A stretch of DNA of 64,000 nt from Clostridia bacterium. Lineage in GTDB: Bacteria > Bacillota > Clostridia > Oscillospirales > CAG-272. This document shows positions 37,796 through 45,233 of the stretch, one piece after another. The notes under the pieces were generated by a model that was not told the DNA's origin, made no database searches, and saw only the letters and a list, made by a program, of their open reading frames with translations. The stretch's first letter is position 1, and every line of letters begins with the position of its first letter. The position numbers were made by a program, and so were the translations under genes. The stretch is taken from contig JAKSOD010000001.1 of the NCBI GenBank assembly GCA_024405755.1, positions 85,039 to 149,038 of the forward strand, read 5' to 3'.

Positions 37796-38185
37796 ATGGC
37801 TGATTTTAACGAAAAGTTCAACGAATTCAACAACACTCCCGACACGACTGCAGAATACGATCAAAACGACATTCAGCAAAACAAAGTAATGGCGATTTTG
37901 GCGTATTTGTCGTGGCTTGTTCTCGTTCCGATCTTTGCGGCAAAGGAATCAAAATTTGCACGGTTTCACGCAAATCAGGGAATCGTTCTTGCCATTGCGG
38001 AAATCATCTGCTGGGTCGCGCTCGGTATTCTCGGCAATCTGCCGTTCATCGGTTGGATTTTCAGTATTATGGATGGCATGTTCAGCCTCGTGTGTCTGAT
38101 ATTTGCCGTAATAGGTATTATGAACGCCGCAAACGGCAAAGCCAAAGAACTTCCGCTGCTCGGACACTTCAAGATCTTGAAATAA
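37796..38185 (+). CDS. DUF4870-like small membrane protein
   Basis: NKVMAILAYLSWLVLVPIFAAKESKFARFHANQGIVLAI matches the DUF4870 signature (..F.rFHAnQ..). Confidence 0.65.
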   Translation: MADFNEKFNEFNNTPDTTAEYDQNDIQQNKVMAILAYLSWLVLVPIFAAKESKFARFHANQGIVLAIAEIICWVALGILGNLPFIGWIFSIMDGMFSLVCLIFAVIGIMNAANGKAKELPLLGHFKILK

Positions 38186-38210
38186 TCATTTCGGCAACAG
38201 GAGAATTTCT

Positions 38211-38642
38211 ATGAGAAGAAACCTTCTGCTTGCGGGGATTGTCGTTCTGCTTGCTGTTGCCGTATCGGTCCTCGTCCGGTCTGTGCTTGACTCAAAATCA
38301 AACGATATTTCTTCTGTGATTTATGAATCTTCATACGGGTACCGTATCGAGATGACACGGCAGCAGGACGAGTTTTTCTTCTCCTATATTCCGTCGTCGG
38401 AACATGATCCCGTCGAACAGTTGAGAGGCGTGGAAAGCTATGAGACTGTGTCGGAACTGCTGCGGGAATTTGATCTGGACTCTGCGGCGGCTGTATCGGA
38501 CAACACATCCGGAGATGACGACGACCGTCTGACCGTCGTTTTCAAAACCGGCATAAAACATGTGCTGATTCGTCCGGAATCGGACGATGCGTTCCGGAGC
38601 ATCCGCAGCTGTCTGATGGAATTTGCGGGATTATGCCGGTAA
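38211..38642 (+). CDS. Hypothetical membrane-anchored protein
   Basis: N-terminal anchor MRRNLLLAGIVVLLAVAVSVLV. GGAGAA lies upstream. No family recognised. Confidence 0.55.
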   Translation: MRRNLLLAGIVVLLAVAVSVLVRSVLDSKSNDISSVIYESSYGYRIEMTRQQDEFFFSYIPSSEHDPVEQLRGVESYETVSELLREFDLDSAAAVSDNTSGDDDDRLTVVFKTGIKHVLIRPESDDAFRSIRSCLMEFAGLCR

Positions 38643-38690
38643 AGCAGATAATCTTTTGTTTGAAGATACAACATAGTATCAAAAAAGGAA

Positions 38691-38727
38691 AATGTGGCTG
38701 TTAAAAAGTCAATACTTTTTTACAGCC
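38691..38727 (+). repeat. Block X plus A/T-cored hairpin H1
   Basis: AATGTGGCTGTTAAAAAGTCAAT recurs, reverse-complemented and with one extra A, at 60180-60203. The hairpin GGCTGTTAAAAAGT / ACTTTTTTACAGCC has 14 bp with one mismatch. Confidence 0.65.
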
Positions 38728-38764
38728 CGTCAAAAGCAGTGGTCAGGATCCACTGCTTTTGACG
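38728..38764. other. 15-bp perfect hairpin H2
   Basis: CGTCAAAAGCAGTGG / CCACTGCTTTTGACG with a 7-nt loop. No U-tract on either strand. Confidence 0.6.
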
Positions 38765-38814
38765 CGAAATTGGCGTTTTTCCGTGAAACAAGGATGAATA
38801 TTACTCAATTTTCA

Positions 38815-38843
38815 GGGCAACACGGCGGTGTGCAGCCGCTGAG
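38815..38843 (+). repeat. Block Y
   Basis: GGGCAACACGGCGGTGTGCAGCCGCTGAG matches the reverse complement of 60120-60173, apart from 2 substitutions and a 24-nt insertion in the latter. Confidence 0.6.
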
Positions 38844-38855
38844 CCAAATGTCGGC

Positions 38856-38903
38856 GGGGTGTTAAAAAACTCGATAATGAGTTTTTTAACACCCCCGTTT
38901 TTT
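38856..38903 (+). terminator. Strong plus-strand intrinsic terminator H3 with no gene directly upstream
   Basis: 17-bp perfect stem GGGGTGTTAAAAAACTC / GAGTTTTTTAACACCCC with a 6-nt loop, then CG plus T6. Confidence 0.7.
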
Positions 38904-38910
38904 CACAAGT

Positions 38911-38952
38911 TACTGTCTTATCCACCCGTGGGATAAGGCGGCAGTGTTTTTT
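38911..38952 (+). terminator. Second plus-strand terminator-like hairpin; its 3' arm is the right arm of the split inverted repeat
   Basis: TACTGTC pairs with GGCAGTG (two G.U pairs) around an inner TTATCC/GGATAA stem, followed by T6. CGGCAGTGTTTTTT (38939-38952) is the reverse complement of 32501-32514. Confidence 0.55.
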
Positions 38953-38964
38953 ATTTGACTGTTC

Positions 38965-39921
38965 TTATACATTCACAGATAGTCCGAGTGAGTCGATAAC
39001 TTCATGCAGGGAACGGGCAGATTCACGCAGAAGAGTTTCTTCTTTTTCGTTAAGTGGAATCTCAAGTACTTTTTCAATTCCGTTTCTTCCGACAATACAG
39101 GGAATACCCATACATACTCCGTCAATACCGTAATGTCCGCCTACAAGAGTGGATACGGGAAGAATAGTCTGTTCGTCTTTTACGATAGCTGTTACGATTC
39201 TTCGTACGCTTTCTGCAATGGCGTAAAATGTTGCTCCTTTGGCGTCAATGATTCTGTACGCTGCGTCACGAACGTCCTCAAACAACGGATTGAACGACGT
39301 TGGATCACATTCCGAACAGCAATCACGACAGAATGATGAAAGGTCAATGCCGGAAATATTTGCACTGCTCCATACGGGAACCTCGCTGTCTCCATGCTCA
39401 CCGATGATGAATGTGTGAACATTTCTGCTGTCAACGCCGAGTCTGTTGCCGACAAGTTGTTTGAGACGGGCGGTATCGAGTACGGTGCCGGATCCGATAA
39501 CACGGTTGGCGGGAAAGTGTGACATTGAAAGCGTAACGTAGGTCAGAATATCAACGGGATTTGTAACAACAAGCAGGATCCCTTCGCATTTTGCCTCACA
39601 TATACTCCCGACTATTGAAGAGAATACCTTGACATTTTTGTGAACTAGATCAAGACGTGTTTCTCCGGGTCGCTGATTTGCACCTGCGGTGATGATGATA
39701 ATTGCAGCGTCGGAGATATCAGAATAGTCTCCCGCGTAAATGTCAACAGGGAAATTGAAAGGAATACCGTGTACCATATCTTCCGCTTCACCGGCCGCTT
39801 TTTTACGGTCGATATCTACGAGAACTATTTCGGTGAAAAGTCCGGAAAGCATTAAAGTATAGGCGGTTGTTGCACCGACATTTCCACATCCGATAACTGC
39901 ACATTTTCTGTTATTTACCAT
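38965..39921 (-). CDS. ldh: L-lactate dehydrogenase
   Basis: KCAVIGCGNVGATTAYTL (Rossmann motif), VLVDIDRKKAAGEAEDM, and GEHGDSEVPVWS containing the catalytic His. Confidence 0.9.
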   Translation of the reverse strand: MVNNRKCAVIGCGNVGATTAYTLMLSGLFTEIVLVDIDRKKAAGEAEDMVHGIPFNFPVDIYAGDYSDISDAAIIIITAGANQRPGETRLDLVHKNVKVFSSIVGSICEAKCEGILLVVTNPVDILTYVTLSMSHFPANRVIGSGTVLDTARLKQLVGNRLGVDSRNVHTFIIGEHGDSEVPVWSSANISGIDLSSFCRDCCSECDPTSFNPLFEDVRDAAYRIIDAKGATFYAIAESVRRIVTAIVKDEQTILPVSTLVGGHYGIDGVCMGIPCIVGRNGIEKVLEIPLNEKEETLLRESARSLHEVIDSLGLSVNV

Positions 39922-39931
39922 TTTTTCTCCT

Positions 39932-39973
39932 TTAAAACAATAATACCGAGCGTTTTTCGCTCGGTATTATTGT
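39932..39973 (-). terminator. glpK terminator directly abutting the ldh ribosome-binding site
   Basis: 16-bp perfect stem ACAATAATACCGAGCG / CGCTCGGTATTATTGT with loop T5. On the minus strand it is followed by TTTTAAAGGAGAAAAAATG. Confidence 0.7.
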
Positions 39974-40016
39974 TATCATTTTCTTGCAGATTACACCGCA
40001 AAAGATTTTAAATAAT

Positions 40017-41507
40017 TTATTTAGCCCATCCGAGGGATCTTTCAATTGCCTTGTGCCATCCGTCGATACGGTGTTTTCTTTCTTTAAATGAGATAACAGG
40101 ATCAAAGGACGCTGCAATACTGCGGGATTTGCTGATAACATCAGTTGAAGCAATAGCCCCTGTTGCAAGTCCGGCAAGATATGCGGCACCGAGTGCGGTG
40201 GTCTCAATGCATGACGGGCGAATGATCTTAGTCCCGAGCAGATCAGCCTGAATCTCAAGCAGGAGATCGTTTGCGGAGGCACCGCCGTCAACATTCAGGC
40301 TCGTAAGCACAGTGTTTGATTCTTTCTGCATCAGTTCAATTACATCCGCTGTCTGATAAGCCATTGAGTCAAGAACGGCACGTACGATGTGTGCTCTTGT
40401 TGTACCGCGGGTAATTCCGAATATTGCTCCCCGTGCATAAGGATCCCAATACGGAGCACCGAGTCCTACGAATGCGGGAACAAAATAAACACCTGCACTA
40501 TCACTTACAGTGCGTGCTATCGCCTCAGTTTCAGATGCTTTTGCAACAAGTCCCATACCATCCCTTAACCATTGTACTGCAGCACCGCAGACAAACACAG
40601 ATCCTTCAAGTGCATAATTGACTTTTCCGTTCAGTCCCCATGCAATGGTGGTCAGCAAACCGTTATCGGAAAAAACGGGTTTCTCACCTGTATTCATAAG
40701 CATAAATCCGCCGGTTCCATAAGTGTTCTTGCAGTTGCCGGCATCAAAACAGCATTGACCGAAAAGTGCTGCCTGCTGATCACCTGCAACTCCTGCGACG
40801 GGAATAGAAATGCCGAATAGAATGGGATCGGTCAGACCGAAAATGCCGGAGGAAGGTCTGACCTCCGGAAGCATGGATCGCGGAATATCAAACAGTCGAA
40901 GAAGCTCTTCATCCCAATCAAGCGTGTTTATGTTGAAGAGCATGGTTCTTGCGGCGTTTGAGTAATCTGTTGCATGAACTTTACCTCCGGTTAACTTATA
41001 TATCAGCCAGCAATCTACTGTACCAAAGCAGAGTTCTCCTTTTTCGGCACGTTCTCTTGCACCCGCGACATTATCAAGTATCCATTTGATTTTTGTTGCT
41101 GAAAAGTAAGGATCAATAATAAGTCCCGTTCTTCGGCGAATGTCATCGGTAAGTCCGTCAGCTTTAAGTTCGTCGCAGTATTTTGCAGTTCTGCGGCATT
41201 GCCAGACTATTGCGTTATATACGGGTTCCCCGGTCTTACGGTCCCAAACAATAGTTGTCTCACGCTGATTCGTTATTCCGATTCCGTAAATCTCATCAGG
41301 TGATATTCCGGCTTTAGCGATAACGTCGGCTGCCACTTCGTATTGTGAATTCCATATATCTTCCGGATTATGTTCTACGCAGCCGTCATGAGGGAAAATC
41401 TGTGGGAATTCTTTTTGTGAAACGGCGATCATCTTTCCCGTCGTATCAAATAAAATGGATCTTGAACTTGTAGTTCCCTGGTCAAGGGCAAGTATGTATT
41501 GCAACAT
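40017..41507 (-). CDS. glpK: Glycerol kinase
   Basis: Start moved to [20 protein letters not shown] (GGAGGC upstream). [15 protein letters not shown] and the FGGY-family C-terminal motifs are present. 496 aa. Confidence 0.9.
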   Translation of the reverse strand: MLQYILALDQGTTSSRSILFDTTGKMIAVSQKEFPQIFPHDGCVEHNPEDIWNSQYEVAADVIAKAGISPDEIYGIGITNQRETTIVWDRKTGEPVYNAIVWQCRRTAKYCDELKADGLTDDIRRRTGLIIDPYFSATKIKWILDNVAGARERAEKGELCFGTVDCWLIYKLTGGKVHATDYSNAARTMLFNINTLDWDEELLRLFDIPRSMLPEVRPSSGIFGLTDPILFGISIPVAGVAGDQQAALFGQCCFDAGNCKNTYGTGGFMLMNTGEKPVFSDNGLLTTIAWGLNGKVNYALEGSVFVCGAAVQWLRDGMGLVAKASETEAIARTVSDSAGVYFVPAFVGLGAPYWDPYARGAIFGITRGTTRAHIVRAVLDSMAYQTADVIELMQKESNTVLTSLNVDGGASANDLLLEIQADLLGTKIIRPSCIETTALGAAYLAGLATGAIASTDVISKSRSIAASFDPVISFKERKHRIDGWHKAIERSLGWAK

Positions 41508-41543
41508 CAGATTAGCCTCCGGTATATGTTGTTTATTTCTTAT

Positions 41544-41572
41544 ATTGTAACAAAAAAAGAATTTCGAGTCAA
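41544..41572 (-). promoter_or_regulatory. Sigma-A type promoter candidate for glpK
   Basis: Minus strand: TTGACT, 17 nt, TACAAT. Confidence 0.5.
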
Positions 41573-41692
41573 GCACCTGAGGGAAATTTTGATTATGTTT
41601 TATCGGTTTGAATTCTGAAAATAAAAATAAAAACACCCGGTCACCATCCGTGCATGTTTGCCTTGAGTGTACGGAAAATGGATGTCAGGTGT

Positions 41693-42463
41693 TTATTTGA
41701 ATTTGTAGTCGTTTGTTTCAAGAGCATTGATAGCGGAGTCAAGTTCACCGGCGGCGGAAATGGGGGAAATCACGTTGAACTTTTCATCTGTTTCTGAATT
41801 TATGCGAAGTGCTTTGGAAGCACCGGTGAGAGAGCGGTTGATCATTGCGATAGAGCCTGCACAAATGCGTGTAAATCCGAGATATGAATGAATTATTTTC
41901 TCACATTCAAGAGCCGTAGCTCGTGCACGGAGGTGCAGGGAACGTGAACGCGTTCTTGCGGCATTTTTATTTTCCTGAACAGTATAAGCAAGTTCTGCAA
42001 GCCTTGCTTCACTTGACAGTTCCGATGCCGAAGAAACGCACGCCCTCATACGGGCCGCACAGTCGGCGACATTTACCGAACCGTCTGCAATAAGATTTAT
42101 GTATGATGATATTTCTTCGCTGACGCGGGAAAAAGTCGAACGCAGCATGTCACAGATCTCGTCGGAGAACGAAAATGTAAAATCTCTGAGAGATCCTTTA
42201 GAATACCAATAATCAGTAAGACTTCTGAGAAGTGCTGCCGTGTCTTCTGCTGCACTTTCTGTCTGCATTCTGTTTCGCTCGGCAGTTTCATGGATAGACG
42301 ATACCGTGTATTCGAGATTTGCAAGCATTTTTTCGGTCGTGGACAGATCTGTCGTACCGTTATAGTATTTCTCTATTGTTTCAAGTGAGTCCGCGTCGAT
42401 AGGTGATCGGACAAGTCCGGATGAATAGATTTTCTGAGCAATTTCCGAAACTGAGGCTTCCAA
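41693..42463 (-). CDS. Hypothetical helical protein
   Basis: TTG start, 11 nt after GGAGGG. 256 aa. No motif recognised. Confidence 0.45.
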   Translation of the reverse strand: MEASVSEIAQKIYSSGLVRSPIDADSLETIEKYYNGTTDLSTTEKMLANLEYTVSSIHETAERNRMQTESAAEDTAALLRSLTDYWYSKGSLRDFTFSFSDEICDMLRSTFSRVSEEISSYINLIADGSVNVADCAARMRACVSSASELSSEARLAELAYTVQENKNAARTRSRSLHLRARATALECEKIIHSYLGFTRICAGSIAMINRSLTGASKALRINSETDEKFNVISPISAAGELDSAINALETNDYKFK

Positions 42464-42562
42464 AATACTAACGTACCCTCCTTCCTTTATTTTTTGTGAT
42501 TCGTGAAAAGCGGAGCCTTCGTCAGATCAATACAGAACTGCGTTGACTCCGCTTCCGGGGAA

Positions 42563-42805
42563 TTACTGAATTTCCACAGAGACTTTTTTTCCGGTCCCGG
42601 CGGAGGCGGCTTTGACAACGGTGCGGATCGCTTTTGCAATCTTTCCGTGACGACCTATGACCATACCCATTTCATCAGGAGCAACATTAAGAACGAATTC
42701 GATGCTGTCATCGGTTTCGTTGCGGGTGATCCTGACTTCATCGGGAGAATCAACAATCGCACTGACTATGTCAAGCAGGAGTTTTCCAAGATCCATATCT
42801 GACAC
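42563..42805 (-). CDS. KH-domain RNA-binding protein (YlqC-like)
   Basis: VIGRHGKIAKAIRTVV contains the GxxG KH loop. 80 aa, directly after rpsP. Confidence 0.85.
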   Translation of the reverse strand: MSDMDLGKLLLDIVSAIVDSPDEVRITRNETDDSIEFVLNVAPDEMGMVIGRHGKIAKAIRTVVKAASAGTGKKVSVEIQ

Positions 42806-42810
42806 CTTGA

Positions 42811-43056
42811 TCAGTCGGTGACGCCGGCCTTTTTAAGCAGGGCCTTAACTGTTTCGGTAGGTTGAGCACCGTTGGCGATCCAGGTCTTAGCCTTTTCGGC
42901 GTCGATCTTGATACCCTCACTTCCGTTTACGAGAGGATTGTAGTATCCAATCTCCTCGATAAATCTTCCGTTGCGGGGTGAACGCTCGTCAGCGACAATA
43001 ACGCGGTAGAAGGGCTGCTTCTTGGCACCGGCTCTTCTGAGTCTCATTTTGACCAT
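42811..43056 (-). CDS. rpsP: 30S ribosomal protein S16
   Basis: [41 protein letters not shown]. Confidence 0.95.
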   Translation of the reverse strand: MVKMRLRRAGAKKQPFYRVIVADERSPRNGRFIEEIGYYNPLVNGSEGIKIDAEKAKTWIANGAQPTETVKALLKKAGVTD

Positions 43057-43099
43057 TTTCTGTATCTCCTTTTTAAGATTTTTATATGTTGAAAATCCC

Positions 43100-44434
43100 T
43101 CAGAATGGGAATTTCATTCTGTTTCTTCCTCTTCCGAATTTTTTTGAAGAAGTGAATTGCTTCATCAGTTTTTTTGTTTGATCAAACTGTTTGAGAAGCC
43201 TGTTTACGTCCTCTACGGAAGTTCCGCTTCCGGCAGCAATGCGCCGTTTCCGCGGAGAATTGATTATATCTGGTTTTGTGCGTTCGCGTGGAGTCATTGA
43301 TCTGATAATCGCTTCAACTTTTTCGATTGCCTTTTCGTCTATCTGAGCATCCTTTAACGCAGAAGTATTGACACCGGGCATCATACCCAAAAGTTGTTCC
43401 ACGCTTCCCATACTCTTAATCTGCTCGAACTGTTCAAGGTAATCGTCAAGAGTGAAGGTTTGTTCACGCATTTTCTTTTCAAGTTCGGCAGCTTGTTTCT
43501 CATCATATACCGCTTCTGCCTTTTCAATAAGGGAAAGAACATCGCCCATACCGAGAATACGGCTTGCCATACGGTCGGGGTGGAAAGGTTCAATAGCGTC
43601 AATTTTTTCTCCGGTTCCGACAAATTTAATCGGTTTTCCGGTTACATAACGTACGGAAAGGGCAGCTCCGCCTCTTGTATCACCGTCGAGTTTTGTCAGA
43701 ATAACACCGGTAATGTCAAGAAGTTCATTGAATTTTTCGGCAACATTTACAGCGTCCTGTCCGATCATAGCATCAACAGTCAGAAGGATCTCGGTGGGAT
43801 TTGTTTTTTCCTTGATGGCGATCAATTCGTCCATAAGTACTTCGTCAACGTGAAGACGTCCCGCTGTATCAATAAAAACAATATCACAGAAATTGTCCTT
43901 AGCGTATTTAAGACCTTCCGCTGCGATCTTAACGGGGGAGACTTCATTTCCCATTGTGAACACGGGAACACCGATCTGTTCACCGAGAATCTGAAGCTGT
44001 TTAATTGCAGCGGGGCGGTAAACATCGCAAGCTACGAGAAGCGGGCGTTTGCCCTGCTTTTTGTACATTGCGGCAAGTTTTGCGGCATGAGTTGTTTTAC
44101 CTGCGCCTTGCAGACCTACCATCATAACGACGGTAGGGGGATTTGATGAAATCTGAAGTTTAGCCTGGGATCCGCCCATAATATTCGTAAGTTCTTCATT
44201 GACGATCTTAACGATCTGCTGAGCGGGAACGAGGGATTCGAGAACATCCGAACCTACCGCGCGTTCGGTAACTGTTTTTATAAATTCACGGACAACTTTG
44301 AAGTTAACATCCGCTTCAAGAAGAGCAAGTTTGATTTCTCGCATACCTGCTTTTACGTCGGCTTCGGTAAGTTTTCCTTTGTTTTTAAATCGTTTGAAGG
44401 CAGCGGATAATTTATCGCTGAGGCTTTGAAACAT
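43100..44434 (-). CDS. ffh: Signal recognition particle protein Ffh
   Basis: N/G domains ([20 protein letters not shown]) and a Met-rich M domain. Confidence 0.95.
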   Translation of the reverse strand: MFQSLSDKLSAAFKRFKNKGKLTEADVKAGMREIKLALLEADVNFKVVREFIKTVTERAVGSDVLESLVPAQQIVKIVNEELTNIMGGSQAKLQISSNPPTVVMMVGLQGAGKTTHAAKLAAMYKKQGKRPLLVACDVYRPAAIKQLQILGEQIGVPVFTMGNEVSPVKIAAEGLKYAKDNFCDIVFIDTAGRLHVDEVLMDELIAIKEKTNPTEILLTVDAMIGQDAVNVAEKFNELLDITGVILTKLDGDTRGGAALSVRYVTGKPIKFVGTGEKIDAIEPFHPDRMASRILGMGDVLSLIEKAEAVYDEKQAAELEKKMREQTFTLDDYLEQFEQIKSMGSVEQLLGMMPGVNTSALKDAQIDEKAIEKVEAIIRSMTPRERTKPDIINSPRKRRIAAGSGTSVEDVNRLLKQFDQTKKLMKQFTSSKKFGRGRNRMKFPF

Positions 44435-44465
44435 TCTGTAACCTCCTTATCGGATATTTAAAAAA

Positions 44466-44810
44466 TCAGGCTTTGATGGTATCGTTTATTCGTGAGAGCA
44501 GTGAAGACAGCTCATCTTTCCCATCCTGATCACAAAAAGATGAAACAATAACGGATGCTTTTTCGGCACAGTCACTTATCACACGGAATCTTTCCGCAAG
44601 ACCGAGTTTCTCTTCGTAAAACAGCAATTCGCTTCCGGCTTTTTTTATCTGATCGAGTGCCCCCTGACGAGTTATTCCGAGGGAAGCGGATATTTCCGAC
44701 AGAGACATATCTTCGTTATAATACATATCGAGAACGCTGCGCCGCCGATCATTAAGCAGTTCACCGTAAAAATCCAACAGATAACCGATCTCGACTTGTT
44801 TTTCGTGCAT
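44466..44810 (-). CDS. ylxM: YlxM-family (UPF0122) putative HTH protein
   Basis: LLDFYGELLNDRRRSVLDMYYNEDMSLSEISASLGITRQG, and its position upstream of ffh. Confidence 0.85.
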   Translation of the reverse strand: MHEKQVEIGYLLDFYGELLNDRRRSVLDMYYNEDMSLSEISASLGITRQGALDQIKKAGSELLFYEEKLGLAERFRVISDCAEKASVIVSSFCDQDGKDELSSLLSRINDTIKA

Positions 44811-44851
44811 GAGAGCCTCCGATCTTTGCTGTAAAGCAAATCACTTTACAG

Positions 44852-44880
44852 ATTATATCACTTCCTTGCTTAGTTGTCAA
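44852..44880 (-). promoter_or_regulatory. Consensus sigma-A promoter for ylxM-ffh-rpsP
   Basis: Minus strand: TTGACA, 17 nt, TATAAT. Confidence 0.6.
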
Positions 44881-44913
44881 GAGTTTTTTCAAAAACATTA
44901 TTTATTATTTTAA

Positions 44914-45093
44914 TTAAGACAACACCGCACAATTCACGGCTGACGCCTTGACTACGCATATGCTTGCATCTTTTCCGTCATACTTCACAAAATTTCGTTG
45001 AAATAGAGATACTATTCCTTCCTCATTTTGTATCGTCTGACGAAAAATCTGACGGCGCATCTGCACCGCCAGAATTGTGCGGTATTGCCTTAA
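44914..45093. repeat. Structured intergenic element, copy B (180 bp)
   Basis: 173/180 identical to copy A by hand alignment. The 22-nt closing stem has two plus-strand mismatches (A.C and C.A) that become G.U pairs on the minus strand. Confidence 0.8.
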
Positions 45094-45163
45094 AATAATT
45101 AACCCATAAAAATGTGCGTGTAATTTTATATCAAATAATATGGATTTTTGTAGACATTTGACA

Positions 45164-45192
45164 TTGACACGATTCGGAAAAAATGATAAAAT
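45164..45192 (+). promoter_or_regulatory. Sigma-A type promoter candidate for the antiporter gene
   Basis: TTGACA, 17 nt, TAAAAT, with TG at the extended -10 position. Confidence 0.5.
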
Positions 45193-45233
45193 TCTAACTT
45201 GTGATAATGTTTATTTGTCAGAGGTATATCATT

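Noticed and set aside
38692-38865. A 57-aa ORF (MWLLKSQYFF...SAGC) spans the hairpin stack.
   Set aside because: Its Shine-Dalgarno sequence is weak. Its sequence is dictated by three long perfect palindromes, so the structure explains the region better than coding does.
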